From a phage, in NCBI GenBank assembly GCA_033759635.1, contig GCA_033759635.1_4528.1: a DNA stretch of 64,000 nucleotides, one strand, 5' to 3'. The position numbers and the translations under genes were made by a program. Under the pieces are notes generated by a model. The model was not told the DNA's origin and did no database searches. It saw only the letters and a program-made list of their open reading frames with translations. Shown here piece by piece: positions 27,348-37,221 of this stretch (position 1 is its first letter; every line of letters starts with the position of its first letter).

Positions 27348-28030
27348 AACTTAGTCGTGAAACCGTAAATATTCTGAAAAACTTCGCTTCTATTAACTCT
27401 GGCATTCTGCTGAGTCAAGGTAAATTTATTATGACTCGTGCAGTTAATGGCACCACTTATGCGGAAGCAAATATCTCTGATGAAATTGATTTTGACGTAG
27501 CACTTTATGATTTGAATAGCTTCTTAAGCATTTTGAGTCTAGTGTCTGACGATGCTGAAATTTCAATGCACACTGATGGTAATATTAAAATTGCAGATAC
27601 ACGTTCCACAGTTTATTGGCCTGCCGCTGACAAGAGCACCATTGTTTTTCCTAATAAGCCAATTCAATTCCCAGTGGCTTCTGTGATTACTGAAATTAAA
27701 GCCGAAGACCTTCAACAATTGCTTCGAGTTTCACGTGGTCTCCAAATTGATACAATTGCTATTACAAATAAAGATGGTAAAATTGTTATCAATGGTTACA
27801 ATAAAGTTGAAGATTCTGGCTTGACTCGTCCTAAGTATTCTTTGACTCTTACCGATTATGATGGTTCTAACAACTTTAACTTCGTAATCAATATGGCTAA
27901 TATGAAAATCCAGCCAGGTAACTATAAAGTAATGCTGTGGGGAGCTGGTGATAAAGTTGCAGCCAAGTTTGAAAGCTCTCAAGTAAGTTATGTTATTGCA
28001 ATGGAAGCCGATTCTACTCACGACTTCTAA
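27344..28030 (+). CDS. 45: sliding clamp gp45
   Basis: 228 aa; near-identical blocks to recalled T4 gp45 (FIMTRAVNGTTYAEANISD..., LRVSRGLQIDTIAIT). Confidence 0.9.
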   Translation: MKLSRETVNILKNFASINSGILLSQGKFIMTRAVNGTTYAEANISDEIDFDVALYDLNSFLSILSLVSDDAEISMHTDGNIKIADTRSTVYWPAADKSTIVFPNKPIQFPVASVITEIKAEDLQQLLRVSRGLQIDTIAITNKDGKIVINGYNKVEDSGLTRPKYSLTLTDYDGSNNFNFVINMANMKIQPGNYKVMLWGAGDKVAAKFESSQVSYVIAMEADSTHDF

Positions 28031-28062
28031 GTCAAAGCTTTACGTTTAATGTAGTACGATTA

Positions 28063-28080
28063 TGGAGGAGAAATCCTCCA
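28063..28080 (+). other. GNRA-tetraloop hairpin between genes 45 and 44
   Basis: TGGAGGA-GAAA-TCCTCCA (7-bp stem, GAAA loop), no following T-tract. Confidence 0.5.
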
Positions 28081-28105
28081 GATTAATGATAATGAGGAAA
28101 ATTAC

Positions 28106-29068
28106 ATGATTACTATCAATTCCAAAGAACACATTCTAGAACAGAAATATCGTCCTTCTTCCATTGACGAATGTATTCTGCCTGCGTATGACCATGAAAC
28201 ATTCAAGTCTTTAGTATCTAAAGGAAAACTTCCTCATATTATTTTACACTCTCCATCTCCTGGTACAGGTAAAACAACCGTAGCAAAAGCATTATGTAAT
28301 GATATCAATGCCGAAATGATGTTCGTCAACGGTTCTGATTGTAAGATTGATTTTGTGCGTGGTCCGTTAACTGCATTCGCTCGTTCAGTCTCAATGGAAG
28401 GCAAGCCTAAAGTTATTGTTATTGATGAATTTGACCGTAGTGGCCTCGCCGAATCACAACGTCACCTTCGTACATTCATGGAAGAATTCTCTAGTAACTG
28501 CTCTATTATTATCACTGCTAACAATATTGATGGAATTATTGAACCATTACGTAGCCGTTGTCGAGTTATCGAATTCGGACGTCCGACTGAAGAAGATAAA
28601 ATCTCGATGATGAAGAAAATGATTCATCGTATGGTTGAAATCTGTAAGAACGAAAATATCGAAATCGCTGATATGAAAGTTGTTGCAGCTCTGGTTAAAA
28701 AGAATTTCCCGGACTTTCGTCGTACAATTGGCCAATTAGACCAGTACTCGTCTAAAGGTGTTCTTGATGCAGGTATTCTGTCTATCGTAACTAATGACCG
28801 TGGCACAGTCTCTGATGTTATCGAAGCAATGAAGAACAAAAATATCAAACAGCTTCGTGCATTAGCTCCAAAATATGCTGCAGATTATTCATGGTTCATC
28901 GATAAATTAGTTTCAGAATGTTACGACCAAGTTGCACCTGGTAAAAGTATTATTTCGCTTTACGAAATTGCAGGCGAAAATAATAAGTTTCATGGACTAG
29001 CAAGTAATATTGAATTACATGTTATGTATATGCTTCTTCAACTGACCTGTGAACTGACTTGGAAATAA
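28106..29068 (+). CDS. 44: clamp loader large subunit gp44 (AAA+)
   Basis: 320 aa; Walker [11 protein letters not shown], Walker [12 protein letters not shown] motif. Confidence 0.9.
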   Translation: MITINSKEHILEQKYRPSSIDECILPAYDHETFKSLVSKGKLPHIILHSPSPGTGKTTVAKALCNDINAEMMFVNGSDCKIDFVRGPLTAFARSVSMEGKPKVIVIDEFDRSGLAESQRHLRTFMEEFSSNCSIIITANNIDGIIEPLRSRCRVIEFGRPTEEDKISMMKKMIHRMVEICKNENIEIADMKVVAALVKKNFPDFRRTIGQLDQYSSKGVLDAGILSIVTNDRGTVSDVIEAMKNKNIKQLRALAPKYAADYSWFIDKLVSECYDQVAPGKSIISLYEIAGENNKFHGLASNIELHVMYMLLQLTCELTWK

Positions 29069-29069
29069 T

Positions 29070-29633
29070 ATGAACTTATTCGATGATGACGTCCAGCTTA
29101 ACGAGCACCAAATTGCATGGAAGTCTAATGACGCTGATGCGATTCAAAAATGTGCTGATATGTTTAAAGAAAAACCTGAGAATGAATTCTTTAAAATCAT
29201 TAATGCTATTAATGAAAAGAAATCTATGTCAATTGCTCAGGTCGACTACTCAAAATTTATGGTTGAGAACTCATTATCCCAGTTCCCAGAATGTATGCCA
29301 GCCGTTTACATGATGAACTTAGTCGGTTCTGAATTAAGTGATGAAGCGCACTTCAACTATATGATGGCGGCAATTCCACGTGGTCGTCGATTCTCTAAAT
29401 GGGCTAAACTAGTCGAAGACACTTCAGAGTTACTAGTTATCAAACTGTTGATGAAACATTACACAATCAACATGAACGATGCTACCGAGTATAAGCGGCT
29501 CCTTGAAAAAAATAACAAGTTGCCAATAGTCCTTAAAGAACTGAAGGCCATGGTCACTGATGAATTTCTCAAAGAAGTTACTAAAAACGTAAAAGAACAA
29601 AAACAATTTAAAAAATTAGCATTGGAATGGTAA
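29070..29633 (+). CDS. 62: clamp loader small subunit gp62
   Basis: 187 aa; immediately after gene 44 as in T4. Confidence 0.8.
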   Translation: MNLFDDDVQLNEHQIAWKSNDADAIQKCADMFKEKPENEFFKIINAINEKKSMSIAQVDYSKFMVENSLSQFPECMPAVYMMNLVGSELSDEAHFNYMMAAIPRGRRFSKWAKLVEDTSELLVIKLLMKHYTINMNDATEYKRLLEKNNKLPIVLKELKAMVTDEFLKEVTKNVKEQKQFKKLALEW

Positions 29634-29635
29634 AA

Positions 29636-30004
29636 ATGATTGAAATTAAATTGAAGAACCCTGAAGATTTTCTTAAAGTCAAAGAGACTTTGACCCGTAT
29701 GGGCATCGCTAATAACAAAGATAAAGTCCTTTACCAGTCTTGTCATATCCTCCAAAAGCAAGGTAAATATTACATCGTCCACTTTAAAGAAATGCTGCGT
29801 ATGGACGGGCGTCAGGTTGATATTGATGGTGAAGACTATCAGCGACGTGATTCGATTGCTCAGTTGCTTGAAGACTGGGGATTAATTGTTATTGAAGACT
29901 CTGCTCGTGAAGATCTGTTTGGCCTGACTAATAACTTCCGTGTTATCTCTTTTAAACAGAAAGATGACTGGACTTTGAAAGCAAAATATACAATTGGTAA
30001 TTAA
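29636..30004 (+). CDS. regA: translational repressor RegA
   Basis: 122 aa from ATG 29636; near-identical to recalled T4 RegA (KVKETLTRMGIANNKDKVLYQSCHILQK..YYIVHFKEMLRMDGRQV). Confidence 0.85.
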   Translation: MIEIKLKNPEDFLKVKETLTRMGIANNKDKVLYQSCHILQKQGKYYIVHFKEMLRMDGRQVDIDGEDYQRRDSIAQLLEDWGLIVIEDSAREDLFGLTNNFRVISFKQKDDWTLKAKYTIGN

Positions 30005-30008
30005 AGCA

Positions 30009-30030
30009 ATGGGACTTCGGTCCCATTTGG
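30009..30030 (+). terminator. hairpin after regA (weak terminator or processing structure)
   Basis: aatgggac-ttcg-gtcccatt followed by only TT(T)G. Confidence 0.4.
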
Positions 30031-30085
30031 AGTATAATAATTTCATCAACAAACAAAAGACAATAACTCGTCTAAAGGAAATTAA

Positions 30086-32797
30086 ATGAAAGAATTTTAC
30101 TTAACGGTTGAACAGATTGGTGATTCAATTTTTGAACGTTACATCGATTCTAATGGCCGTGAACGTACTCGTGAAGTAGAATATAAACCATCACTGTTTG
30201 CTCATTGTCCAGAAAGTCAGGCTACGAAATATTTCGATATCTACGGTAAGCCGTGTACTCGTAAGTTGTTCGCTAATATGCGTGATGCCTCCCAATGGAT
30301 TAAACGCATGGAAGATATAGGACTTGAAGCACTTGGCATGGACGATTTCAAATTGGCGTATTTGTCTGACACTTATAACTATGAAATCAAATACGACCAT
30401 ACAAAAATTCGTGTGGCTAACTTCGACATCGAAGTAACATCTCCGGATGGGTTCCCTGAGCCGTCACAAGCAAAACATCCGATTGATGCTATCACCCATT
30501 ATGACTCAATTGACGACAGGTTCTACGTATTTGATCTATTGAATTCTCCGTATGGTAATGTAGAAGAATGGTCTATCGAAATTGCGGCTAAGCTTCAAGA
30601 ACAAGGTGGTGATGAAGTTCCATCCGAAATTATCGATAAAATCATTTATATGCCGTTCGATAACGAAAAAGAATTGTTGATGGAATATCTCAACTTCTGG
30701 CAACAGAAAACTCCTGTCATTTTGACTGGATGGAACGTTGAGTCATTTGATATTCCATATGTGTATAACCGAATCAAGAATATTTTTGGCGAATCTACTG
30801 CGAAACGTTTATCACCACATCGTAAAACTCGTGTTAAAGTTATCGAAAACATGTATGGTTCTCGTGAAATCATTACATTGTTCGGTATCTCTGTTCTTGA
30901 TTACATTGACCTTTACAAAAAATTCTCTTTTACCAATCAACCGTCGTATTCTCTGGATTACATTTCAGAATTTGAATTGAACGTTGGTAAACTGAAATAT
31001 GACGGCCCTATTTCTAAGCTTCGTGAAAGCAATCACCAACGATATATTTCTTATAACATTATCGACGTGTATCGTGTATTGCAAATTGATGCTAAGCGTC
31101 AGTTCATCAACTTGAGTTTGGACATGGGTTATTATGCTAAGATACAGATTCAATCTGTGTTTAGCCCAATTAAAACATGGGATGCTATTATTTTTAATAG
31201 CCTTAAAGAGCAGAACAAGGTGATTCCACAAGGTCGTTCTCACCCGGTTCAACCTTATCCTGGCGCTTTTGTTAAGGAACCTATTCCAAATCGATACAAA
31301 TATGTAATGAGTTTCGACCTTACATCTCTGTATCCAAGTATTATTCGCCAAGTGAATATTAGCCCGGAAACAATAGCAGGAACGTTTAAAGTAGCTCCAT
31401 TGCATGATTATATTAACGCAATCGCTGAACGTCCTTCAGATGTGTACAGCTGCTCTCCTAATGGCATGATGTATTATAAAGACCGTGATGGTGTAGTTCC
31501 AACTGAAATCACTAAGGTCTTTAATCAACGTAAAGAACATAAAGGTTATATGCTTGCGGCTCAACGTAATGGTGAAATAATTAAAGAGGCATTGCATAAT
31601 CCTAATCTTTCTGTTGACGAACCATTAGATGTTGATTATCGTTTCGACTTCAGTGATGAGATTAAAGAAAAGATTAAAAAGTTGTCTGCTAAATCTCTTA
31701 ATGAAATGTTGTTTAGAGCTCAACGTACTGAAGTTGCAGGTATGACTGCACAGATTAACCGTAAATTGCTCATCAACTCGCTTTATGGTGCACTTGGAAA
31801 CGTTTGGTTCCGTTATTATGATTTGCGTAATGCTACTGCAATCACAACATTCGGGCAAATGGCTTTACAGTGGATTGAACGTAAAGTTAATGAATATCTG
31901 AATGAAGTTTGTGGTACAGAAGGTGAAGCTTTCGTTCTTTATGGTGATACAGACTCTATTTACGTATCTGCTGATAAAATTATCGATAAGGTTGGTGAAT
32001 CTAAATTCCGTGATACCAACCATTGGGTAGACTTCTTAGATAAGTTCGCACGTGAACGTATGGAACCGGCTATTGATAGAGGTTTCCGTGAAATGTGTGA
32101 ATACATGAATAATAAGCAACATTTGATGTTCATGGACCGAGAAGCTATCGCTGGTCCTCCGCTCGGTTCTAAAGGTATTGGTGGATTCTGGACTGGTAAG
32201 AAACGTTATGCATTAAACGTGTGGGATATGGAAGGAACCAGATACGCTGAGCCTAAACTTAAAATCATGGGTCTAGAGACTCAGAAATCTTCGACCCCTA
32301 AAGCAGTACAGAAAGCTCTTAAAGAATGTATTCGTCGTATGCTTCAAGAAGGTGAAGAATCATTACAAGAATATTTTAAAGAGTTTGAAAAAGAATTCCG
32401 TCAATTGAATTATATTAGCATCGCGTCGGTATCTTCTGCGAATAACATTGCTAAATATGATGTAGGTGGATTCCCTGGTCCCAAATGCCCGTTCCATATT
32501 CGTGGAATTCTGACATATAACCGAGCTATCAAAGGTAATATTGATGCTCCACAAGTTGTAGAAGGTGAAAAAGTATACGTTCTGCCTTTACGTGATGGAA
32601 ACCCGTTCGGTGATAAATGTATCGCATGGCCTTCTGGTACGGAAATCACCGATTTAATCAAAGATGATGTACTTCATTGGATGGACTATACTGTTCTCCT
32701 TGAGAAGACATTTATTAAACCACTTGAAGGATTCACAACAGCAGCTAAACTCGATTACGAGAAGAAAGCATCTCTGTTCGATATGTTTGATTTTTGA
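30086..32797 (+). CDS. 43: DNA polymerase gp43 (family B, RB69-type)
   Basis: 903 aa; exonuclease motifs (FDIEV, YNIIDV), polymerase motifs (DLTSLYPS, KLLINSLYGALG, YGDTDS); N-terminus MKEFYLTVEQIGDSIFERYIDSNGRERTREVEYKPSLFAH matches recalled RB69 gp43. Confidence 0.95.
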   Translation: MKEFYLTVEQIGDSIFERYIDSNGRERTREVEYKPSLFAHCPESQATKYFDIYGKPCTRKLFANMRDASQWIKRMEDIGLEALGMDDFKLAYLSDTYNYEIKYDHTKIRVANFDIEVTSPDGFPEPSQAKHPIDAITHYDSIDDRFYVFDLLNSPYGNVEEWSIEIAAKLQEQGGDEVPSEIIDKIIYMPFDNEKELLMEYLNFWQQKTPVILTGWNVESFDIPYVYNRIKNIFGESTAKRLSPHRKTRVKVIENMYGSREIITLFGISVLDYIDLYKKFSFTNQPSYSLDYISEFELNVGKLKYDGPISKLRESNHQRYISYNIIDVYRVLQIDAKRQFINLSLDMGYYAKIQIQSVFSPIKTWDAIIFNSLKEQNKVIPQGRSHPVQPYPGAFVKEPIPNRYKYVMSFDLTSLYPSIIRQVNISPETIAGTFKVAPLHDYINAIAERPSDVYSCSPNGMMYYKDRDGVVPTEITKVFNQRKEHKGYMLAAQRNGEIIKEALHNPNLSVDEPLDVDYRFDFSDEIKEKIKKLSAKSLNEMLFRAQRTEVAGMTAQINRKLLINSLYGALGNVWFRYYDLRNATAITTFGQMALQWIERKVNEYLNEVCGTEGEAFVLYGDTDSIYVSADKIIDKVGESKFRDTNHWVDFLDKFARERMEPAIDRGFREMCEYMNNKQHLMFMDREAIAGPPLGSKGIGGFWTGKKRYALNVWDMEGTRYAEPKLKIMGLETQKSSTPKAVQKALKECIRRMLQEGEESLQEYFKEFEKEFRQLNYISIASVSSANNIAKYDVGGFPGPKCPFHIRGILTYNRAIKGNIDAPQVVEGEKVYVLPLRDGNPFGDKCIAWPSGTEITDLIKDDVLHWMDYTVLLEKTFIKPLEGFTTAAKLDYEKKASLFDMFDF

Positions 32798-32837
32798 TAT
32801 AATGCCAAGGACGGCCAACTAATTAAATGAGAGAAAT

Positions 32838-33473
32838 ATGAAAACTACTCCTATTACTATCGCTATTGACGCAATCATAAAACAAGCTTCTTCTTTGGCC
32901 GCTATGGCCAAAGTAATTAGTCAAAACCCTGCTCGTTATAATGCTATTCTAGAAACTCTTCGACGCCCAGGACTGAGTAATTATGAAAGTCGTGTAATTA
33001 TTACAGGTGTCGGTAAGAATGCTAATATCGCAACTAAAGCTTCCGAGACTTTTGCTTCATTGGGTATTCCTAGCATGTATTTGAACACCGGGCATTATTC
33101 TCATGGTGACGCAGGATTTATTGCACCTAATGATGTATTAGTTCACATCAGTCGTTCTGGTAAGACTGAAGAAATGATAGGTGTTGCTAAACATCTTCGT
33201 ATGATTCGTCCTCAGGTTAAACAGATTCTGTTACATTGTAACCCTGACATTCCACAAGAATACGAAGCTCTTTTTGATTATACGTTCTGTACCGGTATCG
33301 CGGTAGAAGTTGACGAGAACTCTTTAGCTCCGACAATGTCCACTACATTGTTGTTAGCGCTTATCGATACGTTCGCTATCAACCTTTCGTCTGAACGTGG
33401 ATTTACCTCTAATGATTTCCTTAAGTTCCATCCAGGCGGTGCACTAGGTGCCATGTTACGAGGCGAGCAATGA
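32838..33473 (+). CDS. SIS-domain sugar-phosphate isomerase, arabinose-5-phosphate isomerase-like (no CBS domains)
   Basis: 211 aa; VIITGVGKNANIA...FASLGIPSMYLNTGHYSHGDAGFIAPNDVLVHISRSGKTEE...SLAPTMSTT...HPGGALG closely parallels the KdsD/KpsF SIS domain. Confidence 0.7.
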   Translation: MKTTPITIAIDAIIKQASSLAAMAKVISQNPARYNAILETLRRPGLSNYESRVIITGVGKNANIATKASETFASLGIPSMYLNTGHYSHGDAGFIAPNDVLVHISRSGKTEEMIGVAKHLRMIRPQVKQILLHCNPDIPQEYEALFDYTFCTGIAVEVDENSLAPTMSTTLLLALIDTFAINLSSERGFTSNDFLKFHPGGALGAMLRGEQ

Positions 33474-33613
33474 AAGCAATAACAATAGGACTTTTACTAT
33501 TGATGCTTGTCATGACTATCTACTGGAGCTTAACGGCTCCAGTAATGATTCCGACTCTTATAATCGGATGGATTATGATTGGACTACAAGCAAAGTATGA
33601 ATGCTTTAACTAG
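33470..33613 (+). CDS. small membrane protein (47 aa, two hydrophobic helices)
   Basis: Not in track; ATGA overlap with upstream gene; read codon by codon to TAG 33611-33613. Confidence 0.35.
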   Translation: MKAITIGLLLLMLVMTIYWSLTAPVMIPTLIIGWIMIGLQAKYECFN

Positions 33614-33654
33614 AATAGTGTACAATACTCCTACTTACCAATGAGGACCACAAC

Positions 33655-35343
33655 ATGAAAAAAGCTGTTATTCTTGGTGCTGGATTAGCAACTCGTTTAT
33701 ATCCAATTACTCACCATATTCCTAAGGTGCTTGTTAACTATAAACAAGACACTATTCTGAGCAATTTGTATACAATTTATTCTGACCTTGGCGCAGATGA
33801 AATTATTGTAGTAGTTCATTCAAAATTTGCTGAAACTGTTCGAGCTTATTGTGAGCAAGAAGGGTTCAATGTGACTATTCGTACAGTTGATGAAGCGTAT
33901 GGTTCTGCTTATGCTCTTGCTAAATTACACAAAGATTTAGACGGCCATAACGTAATTGTTAACTGGTGTGATATTATTCCTGATTTTGGTTCATGGTCTT
34001 GGAATGTTAACGCAATCTATGTTAAGGGTGATGAATGTCGATATAATTTCGATGGTGAAAATATCACTAACGTAGGTTCAACTGGTGGTAATGTTGTAGG
34101 AATTTATCAGTTCAAAGACTGGGAATTCTATATGGGTTCTACTGATGAGGAAATTCATGAATACTGCAAAGGACGTGATTTCGTAGAATTCCTTTACAGC
34201 GGCGCATTCAATAAATCAGAGCTTATGAATATCATCGACCTTGGTGATATGCCTAAACTTGAAAAAGCTCATGAAGTTCGTGAACTTAATCGTAGTTTTA
34301 ATGCAGTTGAAATTGGTGAAGAAACGGTAACAAAGATTGCTTTAACAGAACAGGGCGTTGCACTTCAAAAAGATGAAGTCAATTGGTATAAGAAAGTTAA
34401 ATCAGATTCAGTTCCACGGATTGTAAGTTATCATCCTGGCGGCCACTTTATTATGGAACGCATTAAAGGTAAGCCGGCATTTGAATATATTAAATCCAAA
34501 TCAAGTCTTGCTCGTCCACAAATTGTTGATGCAATTTTAGATGCACTGAAATTCAGCACAGACATGTATTTTGTAAGTCCTGAAACTGTTCGTCGTGATT
34601 TCACTAAAGAATTCTATACGAAAGTTATTGATCGTTGTGAAAGTATTCAACCATTGATTGATTCATTTGGTAAAATCACACATGTGAACTACACTAAGAT
34701 TGGACGTCTGAAGCCAATGCTGAAGCAAGCTTTAGAACATCTTATTCGTTATCATACCCGTTCTCAGGGACAGTACTCTGTTATTCATGGTGACCCGAAC
34801 TTCAGTAATACTATGATTACTGATAACGGCGAAGTCAAGTTTATCGACCCTCGTGGATATTTTGGCGAAACCAAGATTTACGGGCCAAAATTGTACGATG
34901 AAGCTAAAGTGCTTTATGCTGTTTCAGGTTATGATGAATTCAATGCTAATCCGACCTGGGGACAGTTTACTATTGATGAAACAACTTGTAATGTGACTAT
35001 TAACATCAATCCATTAATTTACAAATATGGAAAGATGAGTTCGTTTAACGAGTATCATCATTTGGCGGTGGCAATTATCTGGATTGCATTAGGTGGTTAT
35101 TTCAAGAATAATCCACTTAAAGCGGTAGCCGCATATTATAAAGGTATGGAACTTCTGACTAAGCAATTACGCAACATGGGCCGTGTACTTCAAGACGGCT
35201 CTATTAGTTATGACGTAGCAGGACCTGTAACGGCTACTCTGATTACAAAAAATCCTGGTAAATGGGTACTAACTGATAAAGAAACTGGTGTTTCCTATCG
35301 TCCAATCGGTGGCGATATCACTCATCAATGGGAACGAATCTAA
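33655..35343 (+). CDS. bifunctional sugar-1-phosphate nucleotidyltransferase / APH-fold anomeric sugar kinase
   Basis: 562 aa; N-terminal ILGAGLATRLYPIT..PKVL NTP-transferase motif; C-terminal Brenner motif VIHGDPNFSNTMI and IDPRGYFG kinase motif. Confidence 0.7.
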   Translation: MKKAVILGAGLATRLYPITHHIPKVLVNYKQDTILSNLYTIYSDLGADEIIVVVHSKFAETVRAYCEQEGFNVTIRTVDEAYGSAYALAKLHKDLDGHNVIVNWCDIIPDFGSWSWNVNAIYVKGDECRYNFDGENITNVGSTGGNVVGIYQFKDWEFYMGSTDEEIHEYCKGRDFVEFLYSGAFNKSELMNIIDLGDMPKLEKAHEVRELNRSFNAVEIGEETVTKIALTEQGVALQKDEVNWYKKVKSDSVPRIVSYHPGGHFIMERIKGKPAFEYIKSKSSLARPQIVDAILDALKFSTDMYFVSPETVRRDFTKEFYTKVIDRCESIQPLIDSFGKITHVNYTKIGRLKPMLKQALEHLIRYHTRSQGQYSVIHGDPNFSNTMITDNGEVKFIDPRGYFGETKIYGPKLYDEAKVLYAVSGYDEFNANPTWGQFTIDETTCNVTININPLIYKYGKMSSFNEYHHLAVAIIWIALGGYFKNNPLKAVAAYYKGMELLTKQLRNMGRVLQDGSISYDVAGPVTATLITKNPGKWVLTDKETGVSYRPIGGDITHQWERI

Positions 35344-35729
35344 TGCACCGTGTAGAAAACATGCTTAATCTTTGTTTTGATGTCGATGATTGTATAACAG
35401 AGTGGAATAACAATCGTGATTACGTGAACTTCAAACCAGACGTCGAAATGGTGTCTGCCATTAATGCCCTGTATGATGCAGGGCATACCATAACGCTTTA
35501 CACTGCTCGTGGTATGAAGTCAGTAGGTCCTGGTCGTATAGCAATTGACATTCTCCCAAGTCTGATTCAGAACTTGGCAAACATTGGCTTGAAGTACCAT
35601 AATTTGCTAACACATAAACCAGTATATGATTGGATTATCGACGACAAAGCTATGCGTCCTGACGAATTCAAAGCTCTTATGAATAAAGGCGAATTCGAAA
35701 CATTTAAATCATATAAACCGAATCTATAA
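35343..35729 (+). CDS. HAD-superfamily phosphatase-like protein
   Basis: 128 aa from ATG 35343; motif I-like FDVDDCIT, TLYTAR, WIIDDKA. Confidence 0.45.
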   Translation: MHRVENMLNLCFDVDDCITEWNNNRDYVNFKPDVEMVSAINALYDAGHTITLYTARGMKSVGPGRIAIDILPSLIQNLANIGLKYHNLLTHKPVYDWIIDDKAMRPDEFKALMNKGEFETFKSYKPNL

Positions 35730-35783
35730 TAATTTAAGTAAGACCTGCAAAAACCATCGCATCAATTAACGCGAGATGCAAAA

Positions 35784-36944
35784 ATGAATACTTTTAAAAT
35801 CGGAACGAATTTTGATTTAGCTCTTCTTGATAAAATCGTAGAGCTCAATAAAACTTATCCTAATAGCTTGATAAACGAAGTATACGGCTCTACAAGAGAA
35901 ATGGCTTTTGTAGCAGCCAGACCTGATTTTAGGCTTCCTGACGTTGACAAAAAGATGTTAGAAGATTACGTTAAACGTTGTAACGAATTAGGTATTTGCT
36001 TTAACTATACACTCAACACGATAAATCCTGGTTCAAAAAGAGAACTAGTCGAGTGGAAGAAGAAAGCTATTCAGGATTATGTTCAGTATCTTTGGTCAAT
36101 AGGCGTATGGCGTATTACTATCGCTAACCCTGTTGTTATGGAAATTGTTCGTGAAGTCAATAAAGACATTGAGATTGAAGTTTCAACAATTCTACATGTC
36201 GATGCTGTAACTCAAATAAAATACTTACATGACCAATACAATATCAAAAAGGTCTGCTGTGGAATTCATAAGAACCGTTCAGTTTCTTTCCTGAAGCGTG
36301 CAGCAGAGTTTTGCAATAAGAACAATATAATATTTGAAGTTCTTGTAAATGAGTTCTGTTCTAATGCTGGTAAAGGGTATACAACACATTGTAGTTATCG
36401 TGACTCTTGCTATATTTTCCATAGTACTGATGTTACAGCTGATGATGCTAAATCCTTAAATGGATATCCAATGCAACACTGCATTAAAGCTCGTGATACA
36501 GACCCATTTAACTGGTTGAGAACTCGTTTTGTTCGTCCTCAAGATTTGAAACTTTATAATGATATTGGTATCACTCAATTCAAAGTTTCAGGACGTACAG
36601 GTAGCACAGACTACATTTTGAAAGTTCTTGAAGCATACGCTTCTGAAAAGTTTGAAGGTAATTTGTTAGAACTGTGGAAGCCTTTAGAGACTATTTTCAC
36701 TCTTGAAAATGAAACTGAGTTTTCACATACAGTAAATATTGAAACCTCTTTGTTAGATGGCTTTTTAGAAAAAAGGTGGTTCAGACATCCAGATTTTGAT
36801 TGTGCTAATGAAATCTGTGGATCAACGTGTACATATTGTGAAAGATATTATAAACGTCAATTATCTAAAAACGGGTTAGCAGAAAACTCTATATCTATTA
36901 TTGATATAACTAACTCTGATGACGCTCTGAGGTACCCGGAATGA
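35784..36944 (+). CDS. U32-family (peptidase U32 / RlhA-TrhP-UbiU-like) protein, putative Fe-S enzyme
   Basis: 386 aa; FNYTLNT and ITIANPVVMEIVREV..DIEIEVST resemble the U32 barrel; C..SYRDSCY resembles the U32 Cys signature; extra C-x4-C-x3-C-x2-C cluster near C-terminus; recalled motifs only. Confidence 0.5.
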   Translation: MNTFKIGTNFDLALLDKIVELNKTYPNSLINEVYGSTREMAFVAARPDFRLPDVDKKMLEDYVKRCNELGICFNYTLNTINPGSKRELVEWKKKAIQDYVQYLWSIGVWRITIANPVVMEIVREVNKDIEIEVSTILHVDAVTQIKYLHDQYNIKKVCCGIHKNRSVSFLKRAAEFCNKNNIIFEVLVNEFCSNAGKGYTTHCSYRDSCYIFHSTDVTADDAKSLNGYPMQHCIKARDTDPFNWLRTRFVRPQDLKLYNDIGITQFKVSGRTGSTDYILKVLEAYASEKFEGNLLELWKPLETIFTLENETEFSHTVNIETSLLDGFLEKRWFRHPDFDCANEICGSTCTYCERYYKRQLSKNGLAENSISIIDITNSDDALRYPE

Positions 36945-37180
36945 TTTCTAGAAAAACTTTTAATCACCAACTTAATGAAGAGATTTTGACTATTAAACTG
37001 AACACTAACGAACAAATTCTTAAAAAGGCCCTTATGGGCCTGTTTGAAACTAAAGCGGCTAAAGCGATTAAAGAACCTGTTCAACTAGAATACTATGCCG
37101 ACGCATTCCTTCATAGTGTCCTTGGAAGTATTGATGCCGAAGCTCTACGTTATATCAACATCGCTAAGAAATTCAAATAA
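36941..37180 (+). CDS. hypothetical protein (79 aa)
   Basis: ORF track; ATGA overlap. Confidence 0.5.
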   Translation: MISRKTFNHQLNEEILTIKLNTNEQILKKALMGLFETKAAKAIKEPVQLEYYADAFLHSVLGSIDAEALRYINIAKKFK

Positions 37181-37203
37181 GCTTTATGAATTGAGTATAT
37201 AAT
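37179..37203 (+). promoter_or_regulatory. candidate middle promoter upstream of gene 42
   Basis: MotA-box-like AAGCTTTA 37179-37186, about 11 nt, TATAAT 37198-37203. Confidence 0.4.
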
Positions 37204-37221
37204 AACTGTATTGAGGTAAAC

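Noticed and set aside
30009-30085. Gene 43 autogenous translational operator in the leader
   Set aside because: The hairpin at 30009-30028 is about 50 nt from the SD rather than adjacent to it as in the T4 operator, so it is more likely a regA-distal terminator or processing hairpin. The operator cannot be located confidently by eye.
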